This document shows, piece after piece, positions 1-13,789 of a DNA stretch of 64,000 bases. Made by a program: the position numbers and the translations under genes. Position 1 is the first letter of the stretch, and each line of letters starts with the position of its first letter. Location: the NCBI GenBank assembly GCA_963514005.1, contig OY740795.1, positions 4,402,001 through 4,466,000 of the forward strand. The letters run 5' to 3'. Under the pieces are notes generated by a model. The model did no database searches and was not told where the DNA came from. It was given only the letters and a program-made list of their open reading frames with translations. The DNA is from Raja brachyura (taxonomy: Eukaryota).

Positions 1-348
1 GAGAATGTGAAATGTTCAGGACCTAATCGGGGTTTCTGGCGCTGTGAGGCAGCGGTTCCCCCAGCGGTGCCACTGTGCCGCTCAGTAAGGCAGCACCAAC
101 CCCCGTATTTAATGAAAAGAGAATCACTCGTGTTGAGAGACGCCGGCTGGCTGCTGGCCGTCCATTTATCGCTAAAGATCAACCCTTGTTACAGAATGTC
201 AGTTGGAATGAAGGAAAGATAACAACTTTTCATCAAAACATTAACCAAAGCCTTCATCTTACTAATGCAGCCATCGCACTCCAAAGAAACGAACATCATT
301 CTTCAATTCCTCTGTTAACTTAATCTGGACAACTACAGAGAGTTAATG

Positions 349-3300
349 CTATCTTTTTAACGAAGCAAATGCATGACAAAGAAATAGTACCGCATTCTTT
401 ATCTCCTCCCGGAATTTACGCTGGGTGACTACATAAATGCAAGTGTTGGTGCAAGAACTCAACAGCTGAAGCATGTTTCCACTTTCCTGGCGAATGAACC
501 TTGGGTCGTTGAAATTGGAACCACTGAAATAGGGTTCGTTTGAAAATTGAACGTAGAGGAAATCAACCACGTACGTCATCCACAACATGATGAAGCTGCC
601 CGAGATAGCGAAGAGTAAAATGATGGACTTCCTCCGACTTTCCATCTCTGCATCGCTCTGCTTATCTCCTTGATTCTGGGACATAAGTCTCGCGCGCGCT
701 CTGCTGGCGACTATGATGTGTCTGACCGTCAATGCGTTCAAGAGTAAAATCAGGACGAACGGGAGCCCAGGGTTTAAAATGCGTGCAAACCAATCATACA
801 CAGTCCATCCTATTGTGTTGTAACTGGATTTTACGCTACAAAACCAGGGTGTATTGTCAACTATGTAGAGGGGTTCGTAAATAAAGTACCAGGGGACGCT
901 TTTGAGACAGCTCAACAAACAGATTGTCCCAATAACAATCGCCGCCGTTCTCTCGGTGCAATATATGTTGCTTACCTTCTGGCAACAAATGGCAACGAAC
1001 CTATCAAATGTGAAAGCGACTGTCAGCCAGACAGAACTCTCCGTGGCTGCATAAATTGCAACAGTGCTGAGAGTACAAGCTGGGGTTAAGGACATAAAAC
1101 TAAATGGATAGTAAATGCCAACAATCCGATTGAAGATGACAGCTGTGATAACGACCAGTAGATCCATCACCGCCATGGACACCAGGTACCGGCTGATGCA
1201 TCTGGAGAGACCGCACCTTCCTCGGGCCAGGATTACAATCGCCACCAAATTAACTGTGAGAGGGAAGAGAATTGAAATTAACAAACGTGTTATTAATTTC
1301 CCACCAAGTGCCACGAGACGCGATTCCATGATGGAGCATTTTAATCCTGTCGAACAATCATTTATGGATGATGCCACCAAAGGAAAAATTTGTATTTTAC
1401 CAGTTCACCTCCACATTTAATCTTCAGTTGTGCGCAATAAAAATATGTACAAAAATGAATTTGAAAAGTGTATGGGAAATCTGCGCTGTGTTAGTGGCGA
1501 TAAATAAACACACGATTCCTTCTCTGCGATCCCATAAGGCAATATTCATAAAAATTGAGTTGCGGGTTTCCTCTAACATAGGAAGTACCGTTAGGTTCAC
1601 GTGGTGAATGTCGACATGTTGCTGTCACGTTGACGCAAAAAAAAACGTACATAAAAAATGAAATAGAGTTGCCTTCCGCACTTTCAAAGTATACAGTTCC
1701 GTGAGACCGGGATGAATATGTTTGCGGATCACCCACCACAGGTGGAATAGCAATGAGAGGCAACACATCCACAACACTAACCTGACAACCATCAGTTCAG
1801 ACTAGTTATTTCCACCACCTGCCGGATGTGTAACGCAATTTCAGGCTGTTATTACTTGAGGGCACGAGCTCAAAACTCATTACATTGAACTTGTGGTTGT
1901 CAGGCACCACGTATAAAACTTTATTCATCCCTGGAGGTAAATTGGTTTGCCAACCGTCACAATACACAACAAGGTACACGAAAAAGGAAAAGGCAAGTTG
2001 GCTGTGGCCCCTTCACCGGTACAAATGAACAAACAAACGAATACAGACTTATCCCCTGGACAGATGATTCTAAACTAGAGTATGTGCCCCCGTCCCCCAC
2101 ACCGGTACCCCTTTGTTCTCCCACTGTCCCTCCGTCAGAAAGGTGAGATTCGGAATGGGGGGGGGGGGGGGGGGGGTGGAGTTGAAGTGCTGGGCCACCG
2201 GGAGATCAGGTTGGTTAATGCCAACCGAGCGGAGGTGTTGGGCGCATCGATCGCCAACCCTGCGTTTGGTCTCACGAGGTAGAGCAGTTGACACCTAGGG
2301 CAGCGGATGCAATGGATTAATATCAATTAAATCACTGGAGTTATTTAATATTGAGCTTTTTTATTAAGTTAAGCTTTTAATATTAAGTTTTTTATATTGA
2401 GCTTATATTGATGACTGCTGGCGACAGAGAGTTAGATTGATAGATATATGGATAGATCGATAAATATACATAGATGTGTAGANNNNNNNNNNNNNNNNNN
2501 NNNNNNNNNNNNNNNNNNNNNNNNNNNNNNNNNNNNNNNNNNNNNNNNNNNNNNNNNNNNNNNNNNNNNNNNNNNNNNNNNNNNNNNNNNNNNNNNNNNN
2601 NNNNNNNNNNNNNNNNNNNNNNNNNNNNNNNNNNNNNNNNNNNNNNNNNNNNNNNNNNNNNNNNNNNNNNNNNNNNNNNNNNNNNNNNNNNNNAATATAA
2701 AGACGAGAATAGGTGTGAACATACTTTAAGCAAATAATTTATAAATGCGAACATTAATTTTATATACCAGAAGAGCGTGACAATGATGAAATAAGGAGCC
2801 AGGAGAACAGAAGCACAAAAATACAAGTTATTCATAAATCGTGTCATACAAATGGTATTTATTACATATCCCACTAAACATTTCCCTTCTTTGACGAGAC
2901 TGGGGGAATTTCCGTCCCTCACGACCGCTCACTTTAGATGTTAACACCCTCTTATCAATCTTTTTCACTGCAATATCTAAGGAAGCACACAAGAACCGCA
3001 TTTAAATTTTGATAACTTGATAATAGAACGAATGTTAAAACATTTGACGTTCAGCGTAAATACTCTCTAACCTAATTCACCAGGGCGCAGTAATGTGCTG
3101 CACACCGATACAATTTCCTTCCCATCAGAAGTCGAGCTCCAACTTATTATTGTCATTGTAGATACTGGAGCGACGAAGAAGAGGCTTGCAGAACGAATAT
3201 CTAAAACCGAGTTTCTCCAGAACCTGCCCCTACTGCATATTACCAGACTGTAATAAAGATATACAAAATGATTTTGATTTATATGTTCCATATAATAAGG

Positions 3301-4643
3301 ACATCTCAGTGAAGTTGGACATCGATGTATGCTTCAAAGAACTATCGCAGGTAACTGGAGGCACGACCGATGCCGTCTCTGTGAAATCCCGGAAACACGT
3401 TAAATAATTGAACGCTCGTCCAGTTCGATATAACCAGGCGTAGTTTGACATTTTCTCTGCAGAGCTCGTCCAATCATTTGCATTAAAATGCTAGAGTAAA
3501 TCGGCGGGTCAGGCAGCATCCCCTTCGGGTCGGGACCTGTCATCCGACCCGAAATGTCATAAATTGATGTCCTCTAGAGATGCTGCCTGACCTGCTGAGT
3601 CACTGCAGCAATTTGTGTCTTTTATCCAAATTATTTGCATGCCACATATCAGACACCGAAACCGTCCGACGATCATCAGAGAAGGAGAAGATCAGTCGGT
3701 TAGGAAACACTTTAATAACATTCTCAAGCCATTTATGCATTACTTTTCCAACTTCGCCGAATAACGGGGATCTCAGGAAGGAGAACCTGGAAAGTCACCG
3801 GATAACTTGAGCGGCCGAAGACACGCACAAGACGAGCAACATGGTAAAGAAACGCGTTACCGCGCACGATCCTGTCGAGGACCTCGTTGTCTGTTGAATT
3901 GCTCCGCTATTCAGAATTAGTTACACTCGCTTAATTCAAGTGCATTGCTCGTGGCTTGTAACAACGGAGCTGTCTGTTAACTTCACAATAGCGACTCCGC
4001 AAGTAAATTAAGTCTCCTCAACTTGCATGTCCATTGAAATCAATACAATGAAAATCTGGCGTGGTATCAAGTGCTGTGTAGCCGATGTTACTAACTTTGC
4101 AAAAGTAACAAATAAAGTAATAATCTTGTTTGATTTAGATCGTCCACTAGCAGAAATAGAGTGAAGCCCAGAGATTTTTCAGGAAGTTACCAAGTAGTGT
4201 AGGTTGTTGTGACTGCACATATTGTGAGTTTCTGCAAACGAAAGTTGGTAGATGTGAAATGTTTTTATTCATCCAGAGAAGCAGGCATACTTTCTGTCAG
4301 TAGCAACTCTCCAAACTCATAATACACCGTGTTTTTATACTCTTAAAAACAAAGATAACAGGAGACGATTCAATGCAATTTAATTGCTTGTTAAAAATAT
4401 TGGCCATCGTTCATATTAATTGCCGCCATCACTTAATTTCTGAAGGATGCCCTCTAATACTGGCAAAATGTCAACTTAATCACTGAAACATTTTCCGAAA
4501 GAACAAAAACCTGTAAGATTAGTATCGACGGTATGTCATTAAAAACCATTAGATATTTAGTACAACGGCTTACCCGGAACTCCAATAGCTGCAAGAAGTG
4601 GGTAGTAAACGGCATAAACTGGACCGCTTATTCTGCCGTGCAT
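349..4643 (-). CDS. GPR139/GPR142-like class A GPCR, gene 1 (subfamily A); exons complement(join(349..1253,4574..4643)), 324 aa
   Basis: Exon 2 ORF has seven hydrophobic segments, TM2 D, TM3 Cys plus DRF, ECL2 WFC and TM7 NTCIY. The acceptor is ccctctcacag|TT at 1253. Exon 1 MHGRISGPVYAVYYPLLAAIGVP-G ends at a g|gtaag donor (4574) and is homologous to the first exons of the other four genes. 70+905 nt = 325 codons. Confidence 0.9.
2065..2335 (-). mobile_element. Penelope-like element fragment (GIY-YIG endonuclease region) in intron of gene 1
   Basis: Frameshifted translation IHCIRCPRCQLLY...ETKRRVGDRCAQHLRSV..NQPDLPVAQHFNS matches the PLE GIY-YIG pattern. Confidence 0.75.
2483..2693. other. 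assembly gap (N run)
   Basis: Run of N. Confidence 1.
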
Positions 4644-4732
4644 TTTTCCAGTTTCGCTGCTGATATTCGGTCACGCAGCCTGTTCGCGATAGCTCAGCCA
4701 AACCTCTCAGTTATACGGAATCCACAGAGAGG

Positions 4733-4770
4733 CAATTAGGCAACTATGTTTTCAGTTTCTTGAACAAATA
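4733..4770 (-). promoter_or_regulatory. conserved bipartite upstream motif of gene 1 (TATTTGTT-N24-TAATTG)
   Basis: The same motif pair and spacing lie upstream of all five GPCR ATGs. Function is inferred. Confidence 0.5.
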
Positions 4771-5944
4771 GTTTTGGCATTGTTGTCCATACTTTTCTTT
4801 GTGCGCGGTCGAATTTTATTCCAAATCTCACCTTGGAGAGAACGATCCCTCATGGACCAGAATAGTCTCGATGCAATTTATCAGCAATTTCAGCAACCGC
4901 TGCTCAGTAACTAATTGGATTTCTTTTCACGTGGAGTTGTTATTTTTATTTGTTTGAATGGGTATGGAATACGAACATGATAATTATATTCAATGCAACG
5001 AACATGATAAATATATTCAACGATCGTACATTTATTTTCTGTCATCGTTTTGCATTAAAATGTACTGATTTGCATTGCCAGTGTTCCTCATCGTAGGTAT
5101 GCAAATACTTTCGTGTAAAACGATGATTTCTCCCAACTTTCAATGCGTCTTCAGAGAGATATTTACCAAATCATATTTTAATCGATGCAGTAAAGTAAGA
5201 ACAGATGTGGGTTGTTATCCAATCAATAACAAGAGCAAGTTAGCCAGCAAAGAAAGTGGTGCAGAGAACTACTGAGAATGAAGTCTTTATACTCAAATCT
5301 GGCTTTGTTCGTATTCAATTTCTCTACTGGCTAAATTCCTATTGTTACCAAATTGGTATTGTTGCTAAATTTAACATTGTGACGTGTACCGAGATATAGT
5401 CAAAATGTAAAGATGAAGGCGATGTAACAGTGAACAATCCCCATTGCCCATGAATTTAACTAACCTTGGCTTGAGGAGAATCCTCGTCAAGCACACCGAA
5501 ACAAAAGGTCTCCAGGGCAGCAAAACCTGAAGGTTAGGAAATATAAATGATGAACTTTATTCAGTACTCAATGCACAATACTATACACCGATGACCAATT
5601 CTGAGCTGCAGACGTTCCCTCGCCCGCCACTTGTAATGTTAGCACAAGGAATATAGAACATCGGAGCACATTAACAGCGCTTTCGACCCACTAAGTCTGT
5701 GCGGTTCCAATTTGAACTAATCCAACCTACATGATTTACAGCACTCCTGTTCACATTGAAATGCCTCGTAAATATCACTACCGTATCTGCATCCATTAGC
5801 ACCCGTGCAGCCCGTTCCAGGCACCTAATATTCTCAGTGTAAATAAAGTTGCCTCACAAATCTCCTTTAAACGTAACCCATCTGACGATAAACCTATGTC
5901 GTTTGGCGTTTGACATTTTCACCCTGGGCAACGGCGCTCATATT

Positions 5945-6405
5945 AACCATATAACCATATAACAGTTACAGCACGGAAACAAGTCCTCTCGGCCCTTCCA
6001 GTCCGTGCCGAACATTTATTTTCACCTAGTCCCAACCATCTGCACTCAGACCATACCCCTCCATTCCCTTCCCGTCCATATACCTATCCACTTTACTTTT
6101 AAATGTTAAAATCGATCCTGCCTCCACCACTTCTGCTGGAGGCTCATTCCACACAGCCACCACTCTCTGAGTAAAGAAGTTCCTCCTCATGTTACCCCTA
6201 AACTTCTGTCCCTTAATTCTCATGTCATGCCCTCTTGTTTGAATCTTCCCTACCCCCAATGGGAAAAGCTATTCCACGTCAACTCTGTCTATCCCTTTCA
6301 TCATTTTGAAGACCTCAATCAAGTCCCCCTTAACCTTCTGCGCTCCAAAGAATAAAGACCAACCTTTCTCTGCAACTTAGTTGCTGGAACCCAGGCAACA
6401 TTCTA
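5945..6405 (-). mobile_element. CR1 LINE 3' fragment
   Basis: TRGHDMRIKGQKFRGNMRRNFFTQRVVAVWNEP (CR1 ORF2 C-terminus) and a short tandem tail. Confidence 0.8.
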
Positions 6406-6571
6406 TGGAAAAATATTCGACACAATTAGCAGCACAATTAGATATCCATGGACAGCGAGATTTAGAGAAAGTGATTGAGGCATTTACGATAACCGCTTTT
6501 AAGAGGCGCAGGATATGACAGGGGATGGAGGGATATGGATCACGTGCAGGCAGAGGAAATTAGCTTATCTT

Positions 6572-7955
6572 GACGTGTAACCCCACTTTAGCTAATGTAA
6601 CCAAACTTTTTAATGAAAGGAGGGGGAGAGGAAACGGGAACTGTGGACCAGTTAGCCTTACATCGGTAACGGGGAAGATGCTTAAATCTATTATTAAAGA
6701 TGTAATAGCAGCGCATTTGGAAAACAGTGACAGGATCACTTTAACCTGCATGGATTTATGAAGGGGAAATTATGCTTGACTAATGTTCTGGATTGTTTTG
6801 AGGATGTAACAAGTAGAATGGATAATGGAAGGCCAGTGGATGTGGTGATCCAAAACATTCAAAAAGCATTTGACAAGGTCCCATACAAGAGATTAGTGTG
6901 CACAATTGGAGCACATGGCGTTGGGGGTAGGGTATTGACATGGATAAAGAACTGGTTATCAGACAGGAAGCAAAGAGTAGGAATTAACGGGCCCTTTTCA
7001 GAATGGCAGGAATGATTCGTGGGGCGCCGCAAGGCTCGGTGCAGGGATCCCAGTTATTTACAATATATATTAACGATTTAGGCGAGGGAATTAAATGTGA
7101 CGTCTCCAATTTTGCAGATGACACAAAGCTAGGTGGCAGTGTGAGGTGCGAGGAGTATGCTGTGAGGCTGCAGGGTGAATTGGATAGGTTGGGTGAGTGA
7201 ACAGATGCAGTATAATGTGGACAAATGTGATGTTATCCACTTTGGTGGCAAGAACAGTAAGGCAGGTTATTATCTGAATGGTGCCAGATTAGGAAAAGAG
7301 GAGGTGCAACGAGACCGGGTGTGCTTGTACATTAGTCACTGAAAGTAAGCATTCTGGAAGTGGAGAAAGCTAATGGCACGTTGGCCTTCAATGCGAGGAG
7401 ATTTGAATTTTGGAGCAAGGAGGTCCGCATCTGGAGTGGAGTATGGTGTGCAATTTTGGTCTCCTAAGTGAGGTAGGTTTACCAGGTTAATTGCCGGGAT
7501 GGCAGGACTGACATATGATGAAAGAAGGGTCGACTGGGCTGGTATTCACTGGATTATAGAAGGAAGGGAGGTGAATTTATAGAAACATGTAACATTCTTA
7601 GGGGATTGTACAGGCTAGATGCAGGAAAACTGTTCCCCATGTTGGGGGACTCCAGAACCACGGGTCACAGTTTAAGAGTAAGGGATGGGCCATTTAGGAC
7701 TGAGATGAGGAAGAACATTTCAACCAGAGAATTGTGAATCTGTGGAATTCTCTGCCACAGAAGGCAGTGGAGGCCAATTCACTGGATGTTTTCAAGAGAG
7801 AGATAGATTTAGCTCTTAGGACAAATGAAGCAAGGGATATGGGGGAAGAAGCAGGAACGGAGTACTGATTTTGGATGATCTGATGGAATGGAATGGCGGT
7901 GCTGGCTCGAAGGGCCGTATGGCCTACTTCTGCAGCTATTTGTATTTGTTTCTAT
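6572..7955 (+). mobile_element. CR1 LINE, 5'-truncated and decayed RT
   Basis: PVSLTSVTGKML, KAFDKVP, PQGSV..LFTIYINDL, FADDTKLGG; CR1 3' UTR. Confidence 0.9.
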
Positions 7956-8033
7956 AGAGTTTTGGATAGGCAGATAGATAGACCGGAATAGGAGGGATAT
8001 GGATTATGTGCAGGTAGCTAAGATTTGGAATCA

Positions 8034-8695
8034 GGTGGCTGCCTCGCCAACAGTCTGTCTGCCCCAATCTTTTTTGTTGTTGTTTTATGTGTTAAATGTA
8101 TGTTTAGTGTTCTTTAGCTTAGTTTATGGGGGGCGGGGGGCTTATTTTAATCCCTCACCTTGACGGAGAACCGATGTTTTTCCGTATCGTATCTCCGTCC
8201 GCACTGCAGCCTAACATCGCGGATCTGGCGATCTTTGCTGGAGATCGACTTCGGGTGTCCCAATCGCGGGAGTCGGCGGACTTATCATCGGGAGCTCGCG
8301 GTCCCTGTCGCGGATCGACCTCGGAGCTCCAACCGCGCGAGCGTGCGATCTTTAACATTGTGGCGCTCGCGTTCTCTGGTTAAAGGCCGACTTCGGCAGC
8401 ACCAAGCCGCAGGAGCGTCGATCGCCCCGACGCGGGGGGCATCGATCACCGGTTGTGGGAGCTTCTATCGCCCCGACTGCTGATTGTCCGCCTGCCCCGA
8501 CTGCGGGAGAATAAAGAGGAAGGTTTAGACTTTATTGCCTTCCATCACAGTGATGAATGTGCGGAATCTGTTGTGGTGGATGTTTATATGAACTTTTATG
8601 TAGTTGTGTATCTTGTTGCTTTTTTAGAATGGCTGTATTGTAATTTGAGTTTCACTGTACCTTAATTGGTACATGTGACAATAAACTGACCTTTG
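8034..8695 (+). repeat. GC-rich interspersed repeat (probable non-autonomous retroelement)
   Basis: CpG-rich core with a 3' end ...tgtgacaataaa resembling elements near 17.0-17.6, 29.5-30.3 and 52.5-53.05 kb. Confidence 0.5.
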
Positions 8696-9004
8696 CACCA
8701 TTGGCACTGTACAACGTACATTACTTCTTACGGTGCTGTACGTTGTACATTCTATGTTCTATGTTCTATATAACTAGCCACTGACTCATTAGCTGTCCGA
8801 AGGTTGTACATGGGAAGTTGGACGTTTATTTTTGTCAATACGCCATGAGATGTAAGGACGATCAGCTTGGGACGGACTGAGGACTCACAGGAGCTACCCA
8901 GCCGGCCCACAACCAAATATGACTTCCTAGTTCCACATCTGGTTTAACCACTATAAGTGGGCCGAAGGGCCTGTTTCCGAGCTGTATTTCTAAAACTAAT
9001 CGAA

Positions 9005-9150
9005 ACTCTCCTTCTCCTTCTGCTCCATGCTCTGCCTCTCTTCCTATCTCTGTCTCTTTCTCTGTCATGCTCTGTCTCTTTCTATCTCCCAGTCTCATCG
9101 TCTCTCTCTCTGCCTCGCTCTCTGTCTCTCTCCCTGTCTCTATCTGTCTC
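9005..9150 (+). repeat. CT-rich microsatellite
   Basis: (CT)n/(CTGT)n low-complexity tract. Confidence 0.8.
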
Positions 9151-9682
9151 CAGTAAACGGGTGATCGCTGGTCAGCGCGGACACGGTGGGACTAGACGCT
9201 GTATCTGTATAATAAACTAAACTAAATTAAAATTAAACATTCAAAACCGGCCCTAGTTATGGAGGCGTCAGACACTATCGATATTTTCCATTTAACTAAT
9301 CTGGATTCTGGGGTATGTGTCGTATCGTTCGTGAGACAGGTGACGCAATGCCCGACCCAAAACCTAGATATCCTTCTCTAAAACTAAAATGTAGAGTTGA
9401 CTAGAATGGTTTATCTTGGCTTTTATTCCATTCGACTCCAATGTACGCAGCAGACTAATCTACTTCTCGTACGTTTTCAATAATGATGAAAGGGCAGTCT
9501 ACGGATACGAGGTGACATTGGAGTGGTACTAAAATCGGACTGGGCGATGATGATAGGTCTCATGCTTCAATGAATGAAAGACAAAGGATTTTGGTGTGTA
9601 ATTCTGTAATACCCGCTTTCCAATTAAAGTGTAATTTTCAGCACGAACTTCTTACCTGAATCTAATATGATGCAACCTGAAT

Positions 9683-9721
9683 TGTTTGTTCGGTGACTGG
9701 AACTAACTCTATTTGTAATGA
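9683..9721 (+). promoter_or_regulatory. conserved bipartite upstream motif of gene 2 (TGTTTGTT-N25-TAATGA)
   Basis: Positional and spacing match to the motif upstream of the other four GPCR genes. A TATA-like tataata follows near 9754. Confidence 0.45.
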
Positions 9722-9833
9722 GATTTATTGGTCTCCATTTGCGTGGCAACAAGTATAATAAGGGAACCCATCAACAATGAAAGGCGAGGTTTGTGAGCGA
9801 ACTTTGGAAAAACGTGCCAACTGCACAGAGAAC

Positions 9834-12160
9834 ATGCACGCCCCGCCCACGGGATTGCCATATGCCATTTACTATACGGCACTTGCAGTTATCGCTGTTC
9901 CAGGTAAGGTTTGCAGTCAGTTTTTCTTTTTTGTAATTGTTCTAGTCAAGCCATGGCTTGGCAAAGACCGGCGAGTGTATAATATTTGTAATTAGCTTTG
10001 TTCGGACTTAAATCTGAGTAATTCATTCTGCCCTGACAATCTTTCCTGAGAAATGAATACTAGATTCAGAAGTGTTGCCGATATATCGATGGCTAATTAA
10101 TGACAGATTCTGTAAAACTGGATAGCGGTTCTTTCTGTTTAAATAATGAAGGAAGGGTGAACATATTGAAACGAATAAATGGGGCAAACAGAAAGACAAC
10201 TCTCGTCCTATAGGACAGTCTGGAACAAGCGATATCAAGTTAAACTTGCAACCAAGGTATTTGGGAAAAGGCTGGAAAATTTCTTCATACATGGTGTCCG
10301 GGCTTTTAAATGTCCTTCCACCATTTTAGTCAAAATTTCGTAGCTCGGCTTGATTGTCTCTTTTTAGGCAACCGTGTTTTAGGTGAAGAAACTATTAGCT
10401 ATGAAGGTATTATTTTCTAGAATGCATTTCAATTGTCTACGGGTATAGAGATACCAGATTTATTCTGGATCTCTTTATTCGATGTGAACCCAGCAGTGCG
10501 CTGTTAAAAGTATAATGTTAGTGACATCGACCCTGCTGAGCAATCCTTGCCAGTACCGCACCTGAACTCAGACAACCGCTGAAACTTGATCAATGTCCAT
10601 TCTAGCAGTGCACTAAATTAGTAATAGATATTGCCCCTGAACCTAACGCGCTGCTAAAGACGCTTTAGAGATGATTGGATGCCGAAATGGAAATACTACA
10701 TTCCCTGAATTAATGTTTCTCCCAAATTAAGTAGCAAATTAATGTAAGGCACGTTGGAAGGTAAATCGCTCCAAGAAGAGGATTGCGCTAACTTCGAGCA
10801 ATGTTACACGGTTAATTTCTAATGTAACATTCACTTCAGAATGAGTGCATTGCCGACGATGTCCCATCAATTCTGAGAATAACTATAATGAAAGCCTGCA
10901 TGGTTTGGGCCTATCATGACTTTTACTAAGCGTAGGACGGAACTGCAGATGCGGATTTTTACCAAAGCTAGACACACAATGCTGGAGTAACACCGCGGGG
11001 CAGGCAGCATCTCTGGAGAAACGGAATAGTTGGCGTTTCCTGTTGGAACCCATCTTCAGACTTAAGACTTTAGACTTTTAATAAGCTATATTTACTCAAT
11101 GGCATTGAAACCTCAAACCCCTGCTTGGGTGAGCACAGTATTATATCAGTTTCTATACTTTAAAGAATGAAGACTGCATCCTTAGTTTGCGTTCAGTATT
11201 TCCCTGAAACTGTAACATGTTCTCTCACATTCTCTCTTTTCCCTCCGTCCCCCGCCCTCTGATGCAGCCAATTTAGCGGCGATCGTGGTTTTGTCTCAAA
11301 ACAAATGCGGCCTCTCCAAGTGTATTACTCGCTATCTGCTGTCCATGTCAGTGACGGATCTTCTTGTCATTATCACCGCTGTGATAATCAACAGGTTCAG
11401 TGGGATTTACTTTCCGGGCAGCTTCCTATCCATCACTCCAGTCTGTAGTCTTACCATTGCGGTGACATATGCAGCCAGGGTCAGTTCCGTCTGGTTAACG
11501 GTCACTTTCACCTTTGATCGGTTTGTAGCTATTTCCTGTCAGAAGCTGAAAACAAAATATTGCACCGAGAAAACAGCAACAGTGGTCATAGGAACAGTGT
11601 GTGTGCTGGGATTTTTGACCAATATCCCATGGTATTTTATACATGAGCCTATCTATATAATCGACAACGTTCCGTGGTATTGCAGGCTGAAGGAAATCCG
11701 TTACACTTCGCCAGTGTGGACAGCATTGGACTGGTTTGATAGAATTTCCACCCCGTGTCTCCCGTTCCTCCTGATTTTGCTGCTCAACGCTCTGACTGTC
11801 AGATACATCCTGGCGGCCAGCAGAGCTCGTAGAAGGCTCCGGGACCAGAGCAATGGAGAGAAGCAGAGCGACCCAGAGATGGAAAGTAGAAAGAAGTCCA
11901 TAATTTTGCTCTTCACTATCTCCGGAAGTTTCATCCTCTTGTGGATGACGTATGTTGTACAGTTCCTGTACGTCCGCATCACGAATGACTACAACTTCAA
12001 AAGCTTCAATGACCCCAAGTTTATTCTACAGGAAGCCGGAAACATGCTTCAACTCTTGAGCTCTTGCACTAACACCTTTATTTATGCAGCAATCCAGAGA
12101 AGATTCAGAGAAGAGTTAAAGAAAATGTTTAAATTTCCATTAAGAATGTTTCGTGAATAA
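9834..12160 (+). CDS. GPR139/GPR142-like class A GPCR, gene 2 (subfamily B); exons join(9834..9903,11268..12160), 320 aa
   Basis: Exon 1 MHAPPTGLPYAIYYTALAVIAVP-G|gtaagg. Pyrimidine tract plus tgcag|CC acceptor at 11268. Intact 7TM ORF with DRF, WYC and NTFIY. Confidence 0.9.
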
Positions 12161-13405
12161 TAAATATAAATATAAAGACTGAAAAAATGAAGTTGAAATT
12201 CAATTTAATCTATTGAAGGTAACGAGCGATGTAACAAATTAACAGTTTTGAATCCCATATACTTTCTTCGAATCCGTTTTTCACTCCTAAGCGTGATATT
12301 TAATGTTTTATGAAACATTTTTACAAGTTTACATTTCGCCGTCTATCTTAATGATGATACCGATTTAGTAAAATAAAATCCCAACAAATTTTGCAGTCTG
12401 CTTCCTGTGTCAATTACGTGACACCCCAATTACTGAGAAATGGCCAATACTAATAAATAAATATTTGAAAACTCTGATAACTGAGTTTTTTAATAACACA
12501 AATAACCCAACAAAATGAGGCCTGACCACCGTAAATAGACAGAATATACTATTTGACTGATAGGTAATCATAATGGAGTGGTGGCCAAAGTATCACATCT
12601 CACTGCTGGTCACCTTCTCTGCAGAGCCAACGCCATTTATTTTTGGACAGTTCACATTTCTGCATCACCGCAGTTTATGAATACAATAGAAATCCTGGGC
12701 TTTTGTCATAATGATTAATAAAGTTTATAATTTATACTGTTTAATGTTTGGGTTTTCTTGATTTTAACGCCATAGAGCCACAGAGCATTACGGGTTTAGG
12801 CTCTACGGCCCACGTTGTTCGTGCCGAAGAAGATTCTGGTCCATTCTACTCTCTTCGATCCATATCAATCCATTCCTTTCCTATACATGTACCTGTCCAT
12901 ATGTATTTTTGTACTTCATACATAATGTCCCTTTTTTTGTAGGCATTGTACTTCCTTTTGGCAGGTCGTTCCGTAGATTCACCACCCTCTGCGAATAAAT
13001 TACCCTCCCCCACCCCCCATCCCTCGGATTCCTATTAAATATTTCCATTATCAAGTGGAACCAGTGGCTCTCCTACCCTGGGGGAAAAGGGGTCAGTGCG
13101 TTCACACTATTCCCCACGTGGGTTATACACCTGTACAGGAACATCTGTCAACCTCCCTTGGAATCCTCGAAAGATTAAAAACTGTGAGGGTCCTGCACTG
13201 GTTTGATTCCGATAAATGCAACGTCGCACACTTACCTAAATTAAACGAATTAGCAATTCCTCGGCGCACTCGCCCAACTGATTAAGGGGTCGCTAAGTTC
13301 ATGATAACAGTTTTTACTGTCTAGGATACCATCTAGTTAGTGCCATCTGCAAATTTACTGATCGTGCGTTATACATTTTCATCGTCTTCTGAGAACTGTT
13401 CTATG

Positions 13406-13781
13406 NNNNNNNNNNNNNNNNNNNNNNNNNNNNNNNNNNNNNNNNNNNNNNNNNNNNNNNNNNNNNNNNNNNNNNNNNNNNNNNNNNNNNNNNNNNNNNN
13501 NNNNNNNNNNNNNNNNNNNNNNNNNNNNNNNNNNNNNNNNNNNNNNNNNNNNNNNNNNNNNNNNNNNNNNNNNNNNNNNNNNNNNNNNNNNNNNNNNNNN
13601 NNNNNNNNNNNNNNNNNNNNNNNNNNNNNNNNNNNNNNNNNNNNNNNNNNNNNNNNNNNNNNNNNNNNNNNNNNNNNNNNNNNNNNNNNNNNNNNNNNNN
13701 NNNNNNNNNNNNNNNNNNNNNNNNNNNNNNNNNNNNNNNNNNNNNNNNNNNNNNNNNNNNNNNNNNNNNNNNNNNNNNNNN
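13406..13781. other. assembly gap (N run)
   Basis: Run of N. Confidence 1.
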
Positions 13782-13789
13782 GGTAGCCC

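Noticed and set aside
1254-1380. N-terminal part of ORF 349..1380 (MVASSINDC...), and likewise the ORF-track starts at 11285, 20351, 32949 and 57636
   Set aside because: These are intron read-through or internal codons. The true starts are in the conserved 70-nt first exons joined through canonical splice sites.
3067-3460. short Cys-containing ORFs in gene 1 intron
   Set aside because: No Ig or GPCR motif, splice structure or paralog in the window.
4481-4511. perfect nonamer ACAAAAACC with upstream cactgaa in gene 1 intron
   Set aside because: The spacer is 15 nt, the heptamer is poor and no V/D/J coding sequence is adjacent.
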